From the NCBI GenBank assembly GCA_965221035.1, contig OZ244860.1, positions 928,687 to 992,686 on the forward strand: a stretch of 64,000 nucleotides of DNA. Direction: 5' to 3'. The stretch comes from Candidatus Rariloculaceae bacterium. GTDB lineage: Bacteria; Pseudomonadota; Gammaproteobacteria; Steroidobacterales; Rariloculaceae. This document shows positions 1-9,235 of the stretch, piece by piece. A program made the translations under genes and the position numbers. Numbering within the stretch: position 1 is the stretch's first letter; each line of letters opens with the position of its first letter. Under the pieces are notes generated by a model. It worked only from the letters and a program-made list of their open reading frames with translations, was not told the DNA's origin and made no database searches.

Positions 1-2
1 AC

Positions 3-617
3 GCGAACCTCTGATGGAGTTTCGGGTGGAATATGGTCTTGAGCGACGATTGGCATTAGGCTGGAACCGGGCGTGTAGATGGTCGACCAGCGTCGCTCTT
101 CGGGCTCCTGCGTTTCGTTCTGCACATCAAACAGTTCGAGCTTGATCCGCTTGGACGTAAGTCCGCGACTGGCGGCTCGCTCCAGAGCGTGCACAACATA
201 GGGTAACTGATCGTTTGCCTTTCCGAACAGCGTGACGCCAAGGCGGACGGACGGACATCGAGTCCTATGCGAACTTTGGGTCCCGCCTACGTCATGGGTT
301 CGATCCGCAGCATTGTCCAGACTATTCGCGGGCTCAAACACATACGGTCCGGGCGTGCGTGGATAACGACTGAGTTTGGCAGCGCCCGGCGGCGTCCGGC
401 TCTCGAACAGGTACGGATATGGACATGATCGCAACAACACGCACGGGTCACATGCCGGTAGCCTGGTCACGCACACGGTCTTGCGGAGTGCATGACCGAA
501 CGCACCGCGCCACGCGGAACCCAAGTAACCGCTTCGAATCAATTGCTCCGCAGAATCTTGATCGGGCTTGCTTGCGCAGAACCGAAACCTGTATCGTGCC
601 AGCGGCAGCGAGGGCAC
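3..617 (-). CDS. partial ORF running off the left window edge; possible RAMP/Cas6-like (DUF2276-type) protein, N-terminal ~205 codons
   Basis: Own minus-strand translation. The frame is open from ~724 to position 3 with no stop. It is absent from the track, presumably because no stop lies in the window. It reads ..ARYRFRFCASKPDQDSAEQLIRSGYLGSAWRGAFGHALRKTVCVTRLPACDPCVLLRSCPYPYLFESRTPPG..RYPRTPGPYVFEP..VRLGVTLFGKANDQLPYVVHALERAASRGLTSKRIKLELFDV.. Only GTG (615-617 or 657-659) or TTG starts are available, so the start is uncertain. The family assignment is from memory only. Confidence 0.35.
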   Translation of the reverse strand, partial: MPSLPLARYRFRFCASKPDQDSAEQLIRSGYLGSAWRGAFGHALRKTVCVTRLPACDPCVLLRSCPYPYLFESRTPPGAAKLSRYPRTPGPYVFEPANSLDNAADRTHDVGGTQSSHRTRCPSVRLGVTLFGKANDQLPYVVHALERAASRGLTSKRIKLELFDVQNETQEPEERRWSTIYTPGSSLMPIVAQDHIPPETPSEVR

Positions 618-941
618 GGTCCATCGCGCATCTCCGCTGGTTAGCTTCGAACCCGCCACTGGTGGCGGCTCCCGGCTAAACCGCTTGCCAGATTTACATG
701 CTGCCAATGTCTTGTTATCGCATCGTCAGTTTGAGTCACAAACCATAACACCGATACCGGGGAATGCCGTCACGCGAGTCGCGGAAACAAGCAGAGGACT
801 ACTCGCCCGCATTTCTGCACATTTCGACCAGATTTGCTCAGGCCGCTCCGAACAAAGGCATGCTAACCTCACCTGCACAAAGGCGAAATTCATTAACGTC
901 ATCGGGGCGGGCATTATGCTCAAAGGATTGAGGAAATTGTT

Positions 942-1220
942 TTGACTGGAAGCTTCAAGCACCATCGTCGCCCGGCCCAGCGATCGAGCCTCAAGCGTAG
1001 GATAGGCAGCCCAGATGATCGATTCGAAGATACTCGACTCCGTTTCGACGAAATTGACGCCCAGTTTGAAGAAATAAGCGTTAAGTTCACCGAGCTTCGG
1101 GCACACTTCGACATTGGCCTTGCCAAGCTCAAAGCGGATATATACCGCGCCCTATGGATGCAGGGCGGCAGCATCATCGTGACCTTGTGCGCACTGTACG
1201 CGATGTTCGGACCAAGGTAG
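942..1220 (+). CDS. small coiled-coil protein with C-terminal transmembrane helix (hypothetical)
   Basis: 92-aa track ORF with a TTG start preceded by GAGGA about 7 nt upstream. The N-terminal half is charged and heptad-like (RFDEIDAQFEEISVKFTELRAHF). The C-terminal end is hydrophobic (ALWMQGGSIIVTLCALYAMFG). Confidence 0.45.
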   Translation: MTGSFKHHRRPAQRSSLKRRIGSPDDRFEDTRLRFDEIDAQFEEISVKFTELRAHFDIGLAKLKADIYRALWMQGGSIIVTLCALYAMFGPR

Positions 1221-1267
1221 GCCAAGCGAACGGTGCCGCGTTCGGACAAGGAGAAGGATCCCCAGGT

Positions 1268-3160
1268 TCATTCCGGCTCTCGGCGCCGCTGGACGAAATA
1301 CCCCCAAAGCAGCCACAGACCCGCCCCGGTCAGGCCCATCAGGTCGGTCGCCAAACCCTGATCGAGTAGCCCGACCCCAGCCAGCGCGATCCAGGCGCGC
1401 TCGATCGCAGAGAGGTTGCCCCGCAAGTGCCCGACGATGGCGCCCGCCAGCAGGAATACCCCCGCAGCGCCGCTGGCCGCCGTGAACCCGATCTCCAGCA
1501 TCGTACCGTCGGCGAGCAGCGCCGGCCCGAAGAAGAACGCGAACGGCAACAGATAGCAGACCAGCCCGTAACGGAACGCCGTCCACCCCACGCGGTTGAC
1601 GTCCGCGTCGGCCACGCCCGCGGCCACGAAGGACGCCAGGGCGACCGGCGGCGTAATGGTGGACACGCAGCCGAAGAAGAAGACGAACATGTGCGCGGTA
1701 AGCAACGGCACGCCCATTTCCGCCAGCGCCGGAGCCACGACAGTCGCCAGAATCAGGTAGGCCGCGGTGGTGGGCAGGCCCATGCCGAGGATGATGGCGG
1801 CCACCATGGTGAGCAACAGTCCCACCAGCGGAATGCCTCCGGACAGCGAGATGATGAAGATGGACAACTTCGATCCCAGGCCGGTAACGGAAAGAATGCC
1901 GGAAATGATCCCCGCAGCGGCGCATGCGGCCGAAATCGGCACGGCACTTCGCACGCCCGCGATGAGGGCGCGGCCGATCCTGGCGAAGAGTTCCCTTGAG
2001 ACCGCCCTCGTCCACAGCAGATGCAGTCCAAGCAGCATGGCGATGGCGTAGAACGAGGCCTTCACCGGCGAATAACCCGCGATCATCATCCCCACCAGGG
2101 CGATGAACGGGACCACGAAGGGAACACCGGCGAGAAGCGTCATCGACATCCGCCCGGCGTCCGCGTCCGGTTCGCCGGGCCGAATGCCGCTCTTCAGCGC
2201 CTGCAAATGCACGACCACCAGTACCGAGGCAAAGAACAACAGGGCAGGCATCAGCCCGGCCTTCATGACATTCACATAGGGCGTGCCGACGATCTCCGCC
2301 ATGATGAAGGCGGCCGCGCCCATGACCGGGGGCATGATCTGCCCGCCGGTCGAGACCACCGCCTCGATGGCCCCGGCCTGATGCGGCCGGTAGCCCTCGC
2401 GCTTCATCACCGGGATCGTGAACGAACCCGTGACGGCGACATTGCCCGCGGCCGAACCGGAGATCATTCCCAACATCGTGCTGAAGATGACGGCGGTCTT
2501 GGCGGAAGCGGCGGTCATGCCGCGCGTCAGCACCGTGGAGAACCTGAAGAAAAAATGTCCCGCGCCGAATTCCGACAGAAAGGCGCCGAAGATGGTGAAC
2601 AGGATGATGTAGGTCGACGCCACGCCGATCGGAATCCCGTAGATGCCCTGCCCGGAAAGGGACAGGAACGAAACCACGCTCTCCATTCTCACGCCGCGGC
2701 CATAAAGCACGCCGGGCAGCCAGGGCGAGACCGCGGGATAGGCCAGAAACACCGCGGTGATCACCGCCAGGAAGTTGCCGGCCGCCCGTCGCGCCGCCTC
2801 CACCACCAGGAGGATGATCATGACCCCCACCGCGATGTCCACCGTGGTGGCGGCGCCGCCGCTGAACGCGATGTCATCCCAACGGGCCAGCAGGTAGGCA
2901 CCGGTGCCCATCGCCGCGCCAAACAGCACGCCGCTCAACCACGATCCGCCCGGCCTCCGGCCGCTCCCCTCGGAGTCACCTGCCAGCAGAAAGACCAGGC
3001 CAAGCATCACCGTCAGGTGGACGGCGCGCACCACCATCGTCGAAAGCACCAGGAGTCCGGAGACGTTGGCCAGGTGGAACAGGCCCAGAACCAGGGCCAG
3101 CGAGCCGGTCAATCGCGTCCTCAGCGCGTGCGGGGATTCAGGGCGCGGCATTGCCGGCAC
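1268..3160 (-). CDS. TRAP transporter fused permease (TAXI-type, 4TM/12TM fusion)
   Basis: 630-aa polytopic membrane protein with sequence typical of TRAP fused permeases. It lies immediately downstream of a TAXI solute receptor, separated by a 6-nt gap. Confidence 0.9.
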   Translation of the reverse strand: MPAMPRPESPHALRTRLTGSLALVLGLFHLANVSGLLVLSTMVVRAVHLTVMLGLVFLLAGDSEGSGRRPGGSWLSGVLFGAAMGTGAYLLARWDDIAFSGGAATTVDIAVGVMIILLVVEAARRAAGNFLAVITAVFLAYPAVSPWLPGVLYGRGVRMESVVSFLSLSGQGIYGIPIGVASTYIILFTIFGAFLSEFGAGHFFFRFSTVLTRGMTAASAKTAVIFSTMLGMISGSAAGNVAVTGSFTIPVMKREGYRPHQAGAIEAVVSTGGQIMPPVMGAAAFIMAEIVGTPYVNVMKAGLMPALLFFASVLVVVHLQALKSGIRPGEPDADAGRMSMTLLAGVPFVVPFIALVGMMIAGYSPVKASFYAIAMLLGLHLLWTRAVSRELFARIGRALIAGVRSAVPISAACAAAGIISGILSVTGLGSKLSIFIISLSGGIPLVGLLLTMVAAIILGMGLPTTAAYLILATVVAPALAEMGVPLLTAHMFVFFFGCVSTITPPVALASFVAAGVADADVNRVGWTAFRYGLVCYLLPFAFFFGPALLADGTMLEIGFTAASGAAGVFLLAGAIVGHLRGNLSAIERAWIALAGVGLLDQGLATDLMGLTGAGLWLLWGYFVQRRREPE

Positions 3161-3166
3161 GGGTCG

Positions 3167-4162
3167 CTACTGTTCGGCGAAATATCGGGCCGCGCCGGGA
3201 TGCAACGGCAGTGGAAGCTCGACCGACCGCGCCGCATCGATCTGCCCGGCGATCGCGTTGGTTTCTCGCAGTTCCGCCAGATTTCCATAGATCGACTCCA
3301 CCACTTCGTACACCGTGTCTTCTGGCTCGCTGCCCCGCACGATCAGGACATTGGCGATGGCGAGCACCGTGGAGCCGGTTTGGGTGTCGTAGACGGTGGG
3401 TGGAAGGTCCACCGGATAGTAGTAGGGATTGTCGGCAACGAACTGTCGGATGACGGCATCATCCACATGAATGAAGGCCAGCTCCTGTGTGGCTCGGGTC
3501 TGCATGACAGCTGCCGCGGGGTACCCGGCCAGCGCGAACGCGGCGTCCACGTTGCCGTCGCCCAACTGGGTGAACCCGTCGGAGTACGACAGGAAGCTCG
3601 GCACCACGTCATCCAGCGTCATGCCGTGGGATTGGAGCAGCAGGTCGGTGAGTGTCACGGTCGGCCCGCCGGCCGGGCCGATGGCAAGCCGCTTGCCGCG
3701 CAATTCGGCGAACGTGGGCACGTCGCCCCCTGCCCGGGCGATCAGGTGCAGCACGCTGGGGTGCAACGCGCCCGCGGCGAGGATATCCAGCGGAGATTCG
3801 TACGGCCCTTCCCCCCGGTGGGCAAAGTAAGCCAGGTCGGCGTTGGTCAGGGCCATTTCCAGTTCCCCGCCGGCCACCAGCCTGGGGTTCTCCAACGCGC
3901 CCCGGGTGACGATGGGCACCATGGAGATGCCGTCGGCGTTCCGGGTCACAAGGCTGGCAATTCCCTGTCCGAGCGGATAATACGCCCCGCCCAACGCCGC
4001 GGTGCCCAGACGGAATTCCTGCCGGTCGGCGGGCGGCGCGCAGGCCGTCAAGACCACGGCGGTGGCAAACGCGATGATGACTTTGATGGTTGCGATGGCG
4101 AAATCCCTAGCGAAGCACTTCCCGAAAGACGCGATGCTAGCACGCCATGTAGCCTGGTCCAT
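3167..4162 (-). CDS. TAXI-family TRAP transporter solute-binding protein
   Basis: 331 aa with an N-terminal hydrophobic signal. Contains LGTAALGGAYYPLGQGIASLV and a C-terminal HPGAARYF, typical of TAXI receptors. Operonic with the fused permease. Confidence 0.9.
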   Translation of the reverse strand: MDQATWRASIASFGKCFARDFAIATIKVIIAFATAVVLTACAPPADRQEFRLGTAALGGAYYPLGQGIASLVTRNADGISMVPIVTRGALENPRLVAGGELEMALTNADLAYFAHRGEGPYESPLDILAAGALHPSVLHLIARAGGDVPTFAELRGKRLAIGPAGGPTVTLTDLLLQSHGMTLDDVVPSFLSYSDGFTQLGDGNVDAAFALAGYPAAAVMQTRATQELAFIHVDDAVIRQFVADNPYYYPVDLPPTVYDTQTGSTVLAIANVLIVRGSEPEDTVYEVVESIYGNLAELRETNAIAGQIDAARSVELPLPLHPGAARYFAEQ

Positions 4163-4269
4163 CCCCGTGGGCGAAATCCCCCGTTGCCGTCGGAGAATTG
4201 CCCTCCATCACCGTGGCCGAATTGCCCTCATTCCCGTCGCCGAATTGACACTCCCGTCGCCGCTGATCG

Positions 4270-7200
4270 ATGATGCCGCAACGCATCGCAACGGCTCGGC
4301 GCGAATTCCGCGCCGGCGACTGGACCATGAGCAGAAAGCGCCGCAAGCACCAGCCGGCCAGGACCGGTTCCCCGTCAGGCGAACGCCGGCCGACTGTTGT
4401 CCCGGACGGCGCGTCCGATCTGGGCGCGCTGCTAGGCGTCGGCGCCTGTTTCGTGCTTTCGGGTTTCGCCGCCCTGCTCTACCAGACCGCCTGGATGCGC
4501 CAGTTCTCGGTGGTATTCGGCACCTCGGAGCTGGCCGTGGCGACGGTGCTTTCAGCCTACATGGCAGGGCTGGCCCTGGGAGCCGGGATCGCCGGACGAT
4601 ACGTGCACCGGATCACCCGTCCCGTTCTCGTGTACGGGATCCTGGAGGCCGGCGTGGCGGTTTCCGCCCTGGCCGTTCCGCTGTTGCTGGCGCTGGCGAA
4701 CCTTCTGTACGGCGGCATGCTGGGCGGGCAGCCGGAACCCGCCGACGCCAGCGGGCTGGGACAGTCCGCGTTCTACCTGGTGGTGGCCTTCATTGTGCTG
4801 GCGATCCCCACCGGCTGCATGGGCGCCACGCTGCCCATGCTGACTCGGCACGTGGTCCGGTCGAAGGACCAGATCGGGCCCCGCGTGGGATGGCTCTACG
4901 CGTTGAACACGGTGGGTGCGGTCGGCGGCACGGTGACCGCGGGATTCCTGCTGCTGCCCGTCCTGGGCCTGTCGGGAACCGTTTGGGTGGGCGTTTTCGT
5001 GAATGCCCTGGTGTTTCTCATCGCGGCCTGGATCGCCCGAGACATTTCGCCACTCGCAGCGGCGGCGGAAGGGACCCAAGCGGTCGCCGCTGAGCCCACC
5101 TTGGCAGCGAATTCCTCACCGACCACGATGGGCCCGGCCCGCCGTCTCGCGGGCCCCCACTGGATACTCCCGCTGATGCTCGTCTCGGGCGCCAACACGT
5201 TCACTTATGAAGTGCTCTGGACCCGCCTGCTCGGCCATGTCCTCGGCGGCAGCATCGCCGCCTTCTCCACCATGCTCGCCGCCTTCCTGGGCGGCATCGC
5301 GATCGGCAGCGCACTGGCCGCGCGGTACGCCAGGAGCGTCGGCACGGCGTTGACGGGATTCGTGGTGACGCAATTCGGCATCGCGGTCACGTCCATCCTG
5401 ATCTACGAATTCCTCCACCTGCTGATACCCGAAACCGCCGGCCTGCGCGGCAACGCGCCGCTGGCGATGGTCGTGCTTCTGCCGGCGACGCTGTTCATCG
5501 GCGCGACGTTCCCGTTCGCGGTGCGCATCCTCGCCACCGGCGAGGCGGATGCCGCGCCGGCGTCCGCACGCGTCTACGCATGGAACACGTTTGGGGCCAT
5601 CGTCGGCGCGGCCATCGCCGGGTTCATCCTCATCCCGGCACTGAAGTACGAGGGCGCGATTCTGATGGCGGTGACCGTCAACGCGGCCGTGGCAGCCGCC
5701 GCCAGCCTGGTGATCATCGCCGGCCGTCATCGCACCGCGGCGGCCGCGTGCGTCGGCCTCGCCGCCATCGCGCTGGTCTACCGGCCGGTGATTCCGGAGG
5801 AGGTCTTGCGGACATCGCCCCTGACCGGTTACGGCGAGGGAGCGATCCGGTACTACGAGGTGGGCCGGTCCGCCACGGTGCTGGTGCTGGAGGAAGACGG
5901 ATTCCTCAACTTGAGAACCAATGGCCTGCCCGAGGCCTCGACCAACCTTCGGGGCGCGCCGCCCTACCAGCACAATCAGCACCTGCTCTCCACGGTGCCG
6001 GTGCTCGCCCGGCCCGACACCCGCGACATGCTCATCGTGGGTTTCGGGGGCGGCGTCGCCGTGGAAGGGGTTCCGCCCTCGGTGGAGGCCGTCGACGTGG
6101 TGGAGCTGGAGCCGAAGGTGATCGAGGCGAACCGCCTGCTGAGTCCCGAACGCGAGATCGATCCGTTGGAGGATCGTCGCGTGCGCGTTTTCGTCAACGA
6201 CGCCAGAAGCGCGTTGCGGCTCACGTCAAAGCGCTACGACGCCATCGTCTCGCAACCCTCGCATCCCTGGACGGCCGGCGCATCGCACCTCTACACCCAC
6301 GAATTCATGCGGCTGGCCAGGGAACACCTGAATCCCGGCGGCGTATTCCTGCAATGGATGAACTCCCAGTTCGTCACCGAATCCCTGCTTCGGAGCCTGT
6401 GCGCCACCATCCTGGACGTCTACGAACACGTCCGGGTCTACCAATGGAGCACCGAAGTGCTGTTCTTCCTGGGGTCCGATGAACCGCTGGACATCGAGCG
6501 AAACCTCGCCACCACGGGCCGGCCCCTGGTGGATGACCCGATTCATTACCTGGAAAAGGGCATCGGCTCGGTGGAGGATGTACTCACCGCCCTGTTCATG
6601 GACGAAGCCAACATCCGGCGTTTCGCGGACGGTGCGCCGCTGGTGACCGACGATTTCAACCGCATGGCCACCGAATCGGCCGTGGCGATGGAGCGAAACG
6701 AGACGCTCGCGTTCGGCGATCTGGTCGAACTCTCGCTGCCCTATGATCCGCGATTGCAGGCCGGCAGCTGGGTCCACAGGAATTTCCCCTTGGACATCAA
6801 TTTCGGATACATGTCGGAAAGGCTGGAACGCAGCGGGTACAAGCGCCACGCCGTGGAGCTGGCCGAAACCCTGGAGGAACTGAACTCGCCGGAGTCCCTG
6901 CTGCTCATCGGCATGGGGCTCAAGCGGCAGGGAGAGGATTTCGAATCCCAGCGCGTCCTGCTGTCGGCGATGCTGGCGGACCCCCAGGACGACCAGGCGC
7001 GCTTCGCGCTGCTTAGACCCTGGCTGAACCAGCTTGAACGTCCAGATGTTCCGGGCTATGTCACCGATATCGCAGGCCGCCTCTCCGGGTCGCAGGCGGC
7101 GGTGGTGGAAGGCTGGCGCGCCGCGTCGGAGCAGGACTGGCAACGGCTGGTCGAACTCGACGCCGAGCTGGCCCGCACGCGCCCGACCGACCAGTGGTAC

Positions 7201-7617
7201 CTGGAGGCCGTCAAGCTGCGCGCCGACTGGCGGATCAAGGTCACCACGCCGGAGTACCAGCCCAGGCTTGCGAGGGAAGCCAAGCGGCTCATCGACAACG
7301 CCATCGCCATCTTCCAGGACCCGGAGTTCTACAGCATGCGGGTGGCAGCCGCGTTCGTGGCCGACGACGCCATTGACGTGATCGAGACCAGCCGAAGGTT
7401 GCTGCACGTGTTCGACAACGAAGTGAACAATGCCGAGGCAGGCCGGCTGGACGTGACGCCGGCGGCCATCGACCAGAAATTACGCCAGATCGAGACGGTG
7501 CGGGTGGTCGTGGACCAGGTGCGCCGGGACCACGACATACCGGGCTACAAGACCGACCAGCTAGACCGGGAACTGGGCAACATCATTCGGCGGTTGGAGC
7601 AACTGAGGGACGGGTGA
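4270..7617 (+). CDS. fused polytopic membrane domain / spermidine synthase-like methyltransferase-fold protein with long C-terminal helical region
   Basis: 1115 aa. The first ~500 aa hold many TM helices. This is followed by the spermidine-synthase-like motifs LIVGFGGGVAVEG..VDVVELEPKVIEA..VFVNDARSAL..YDAIVSQPSHPW, then a ~450-aa helical tail. The start is uncertain; an alternative is MSRKRRK at 4327. Confidence 0.85.
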   Translation: MMPQRIATARREFRAGDWTMSRKRRKHQPARTGSPSGERRPTVVPDGASDLGALLGVGACFVLSGFAALLYQTAWMRQFSVVFGTSELAVATVLSAYMAGLALGAGIAGRYVHRITRPVLVYGILEAGVAVSALAVPLLLALANLLYGGMLGGQPEPADASGLGQSAFYLVVAFIVLAIPTGCMGATLPMLTRHVVRSKDQIGPRVGWLYALNTVGAVGGTVTAGFLLLPVLGLSGTVWVGVFVNALVFLIAAWIARDISPLAAAAEGTQAVAAEPTLAANSSPTTMGPARRLAGPHWILPLMLVSGANTFTYEVLWTRLLGHVLGGSIAAFSTMLAAFLGGIAIGSALAARYARSVGTALTGFVVTQFGIAVTSILIYEFLHLLIPETAGLRGNAPLAMVVLLPATLFIGATFPFAVRILATGEADAAPASARVYAWNTFGAIVGAAIAGFILIPALKYEGAILMAVTVNAAVAAAASLVIIAGRHRTAAAACVGLAAIALVYRPVIPEEVLRTSPLTGYGEGAIRYYEVGRSATVLVLEEDGFLNLRTNGLPEASTNLRGAPPYQHNQHLLSTVPVLARPDTRDMLIVGFGGGVAVEGVPPSVEAVDVVELEPKVIEANRLLSPEREIDPLEDRRVRVFVNDARSALRLTSKRYDAIVSQPSHPWTAGASHLYTHEFMRLAREHLNPGGVFLQWMNSQFVTESLLRSLCATILDVYEHVRVYQWSTEVLFFLGSDEPLDIERNLATTGRPLVDDPIHYLEKGIGSVEDVLTALFMDEANIRRFADGAPLVTDDFNRMATESAVAMERNETLAFGDLVELSLPYDPRLQAGSWVHRNFPLDINFGYMSERLERSGYKRHAVELAETLEELNSPESLLLIGMGLKRQGEDFESQRVLLSAMLADPQDDQARFALLRPWLNQLERPDVPGYVTDIAGRLSGSQAAVVEGWRAASEQDWQRLVELDAELARTRPTDQWYLEAVKLRADWRIKVTTPEYQPRLAREAKRLIDNAIAIFQDPEFYSMRVAAAFVADDAIDVIETSRRLLHVFDNEVNNAEAGRLDVTPAAIDQKLRQIETVRVVVDQVRRDHDIPGYKTDQLDRELGNIIRRLEQLRDG

Positions 7618-7783
7618 GGCCACAACCGCGGCCGAATCTTCCGAGAGGGGCGTGCGACGCGGCCCCCCGTGCGGGTAAACGCGACGGCGACCGGATCACC
7701 GCCGTCGGAGCACCTCTATCGCGGCTCCCCGTGCGGGCAAACGCGACTCCCTGCGTGGGCAACCGTGGGGAGCGTGATCCCGC

Positions 7784-8419
7784 TCAGCGGCGCATGCCGG
7801 CTGGACCACCCGCCGGCGGACCCGTCCGACAGGGATGCTCGTCCCGGCCCGTGTCGCAGACGTAAACGCGGTTCATGTAATTCATCCACTGGGTCCACGC
7901 ACGGGCGGGAGGGTCCTGCTTCCAGATCATGCTGAGGATGTGCAACCGGTCATTGCCGAGCACGGTCTTGTTCAGGGACGCCAACGTCTGTCCGCCGGCC
8001 AATTCGCATACTTGCCGCCAGAGCACCATGGAATAGCCGTTCTCGGGGCCCTCGCCCAGAATTTCGGAACTGAAGGAATCGCATTGGTTTACATCGCTTT
8101 CCGTGCGCAGTTCGTAGACGCGATCGGCAGCTGCAATTCCGACCGCGGTGCGGTACGTCTCCTGGCGCAACGCCTCGCGCCAATCGGACGGCTCCTGCCC
8201 GCCGGGGAAGACATACCGCTCATCCTTCTCTTCTGCCTCACGGGCATAGGGCGTCCAGCCATTGGGCAGCGGCACCAGCATGGTCTCGCCTTCCGGGCTT
8301 TGGAGCACAACCTGGCCGCCCATACCCGCCGCCCCGGCGCGACCACCCATCTGTGCGGTCGCCGACTCGCAGACCACAGAAAAAATGAAACAAGCAAGCG
8401 CCAACACGTTTCCGTTCAT
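7784..8419 (-). CDS. secreted hypothetical protein
   Basis: The track ORF 7784..9031 is over-extended. The internal ATG at 8417-8419 gives MNGNVLALACFIFSVVCESATAQ (a signal peptide) followed by ordinary protein-like sequence. The upstream part is Arg/Gly/His-rich junk antisense to the cupin gene. Confidence 0.6.
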   Translation of the reverse strand: MNGNVLALACFIFSVVCESATAQMGGRAGAAGMGGQVVLQSPEGETMLVPLPNGWTPYAREAEEKDERYVFPGGQEPSDWREALRQETYRTAVGIAAADRVYELRTESDVNQCDSFSSEILGEGPENGYSMVLWRQVCELAGGQTLASLNKTVLGNDRLHILSMIWKQDPPARAWTQWMNYMNRVYVCDTGRDEHPCRTGPPAGGPAGMRR

Positions 8420-8560
8420 GGAAAATCCCGCACCACCGTCCTTGACTGGGAAGCCGTACGGTATGATAAGCGCCCGAATGTTGGCAAGGCCAGCGCCCGC
8501 GAAACGGGCCCCATGGCCCCGGTCGAGCGAAATGCGCCCTTGCCTGCAGTGCCGAGGTGG

Positions 8561-9112
8561 ATGATGGGCGTAAGGCGGGTGGTCACGGGCCAAGACGAGA
8601 ACGGCAAGGCCATCGTGGTGTCGGACGGGGACGCTGCCAATGTCGTCCGTCCACCACACCGAGGGGGCGTTGCCATCCACAATCTCTGGCTCCTGGACGG
8701 CGCCCCGGCAAGAGTATTCGGACCGGAGGAAACCACCGACTGCGAGATCGGCCTCTTGCCGCCCGCCAACGGCTCGGTTTTCCGTGTGATCGAATTCCCT
8801 CCCGAGAAGGGCTGGATCGACAAGGTGGACGCAGACGCAGTAAAGGCGGCCTGGGATTCCATCGGCGCCGGCCACGTCCGCGACCGCAGCAGGCCTCCGC
8901 ATCCGTACATGCACCGCACCGAAACCGTGGACTTCGCGCTCTGCCTTGAAGGCGAAATCCACCTGGTGCTGGACGACTCCGAAGTCCTGATCCGGACCGG
9001 AGACACGGTCATCCAGAGGGGAACGAATCACGCCTGGAGCAACCGATCCGACGCCGTATGCAAGATGATGTTCGTGCTGGTCAACGGGACCTTTGGAGGC
9101 GAGACGGGGTAA
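8561..9112 (+). CDS. cupin domain protein
   Basis: The C-terminal 183 aa of track ORF 7835..9112, starting at MMGVRRVVTG. The cupin-like motif is HRTETVDFALCLEGEIHLVLDD..GDTVIQRGTNHAW. An alternative start is at 8513. Confidence 0.7.
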   Translation: MMGVRRVVTGQDENGKAIVVSDGDAANVVRPPHRGGVAIHNLWLLDGAPARVFGPEETTDCEIGLLPPANGSVFRVIEFPPEKGWIDKVDADAVKAAWDSIGAGHVRDRSRPPHPYMHRTETVDFALCLEGEIHLVLDDSEVLIRTGDTVIQRGTNHAWSNRSDAVCKMMFVLVNGTFGGETG

Positions 9113-9235
9113 CAGGGCGTGATCGTGGGGGCGCGTTAACAGAGCGCGATCATTGGTGGCGCGGTAAAGGAGCGCAATTTATGAATGCTCGGCTCTGAGG
9201 CACAATGGATGTCGGATCACATTGAAGGAAACAGG

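Noticed and set aside
286-312. GGGTTCGATCC, a tRNA T-loop-like string
   Set aside because: The flanking bases do not form a T-stem: only 3 of 5 positions pair in my hand check. I could not build an acceptor or anticodon arm. The string also lies inside the open Cas6-like reading frame.
725-941. GTCGCGGAAACAAGCAGAGGACTACTCGCCCGC upstream of the Cas6-like ORF as an orphan CRISPR repeat
   Set aside because: I saw only a single copy. Without a second copy or spacers, this is not evidence for an array.
2021-4273. 750-aa plus-strand ORF, and similar very long ORFs (1152..2015, 5116..5982, 6226..7407, 11494..12675, 16340..17677, 21093..22619, 26084..27145, 32444..34498, 57078..59240)
   Set aside because: All lie antisense to or out of frame with genes that have clear family signatures. 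Their translations are Arg/Gly/His/Pro/Asp-rich low-complexity strings, as expected for shadow ORFs in high-GC DNA.
7784-9031. 415-aa minus ORF and 425-aa plus ORF (7835..9112) as full-length genes
   Set aside because: Only the distal part of each looks protein-like (a signal-peptide protein from 8419 and a cupin from 8561). The extensions are mutually antisense junk, so both were trimmed to internal starts.
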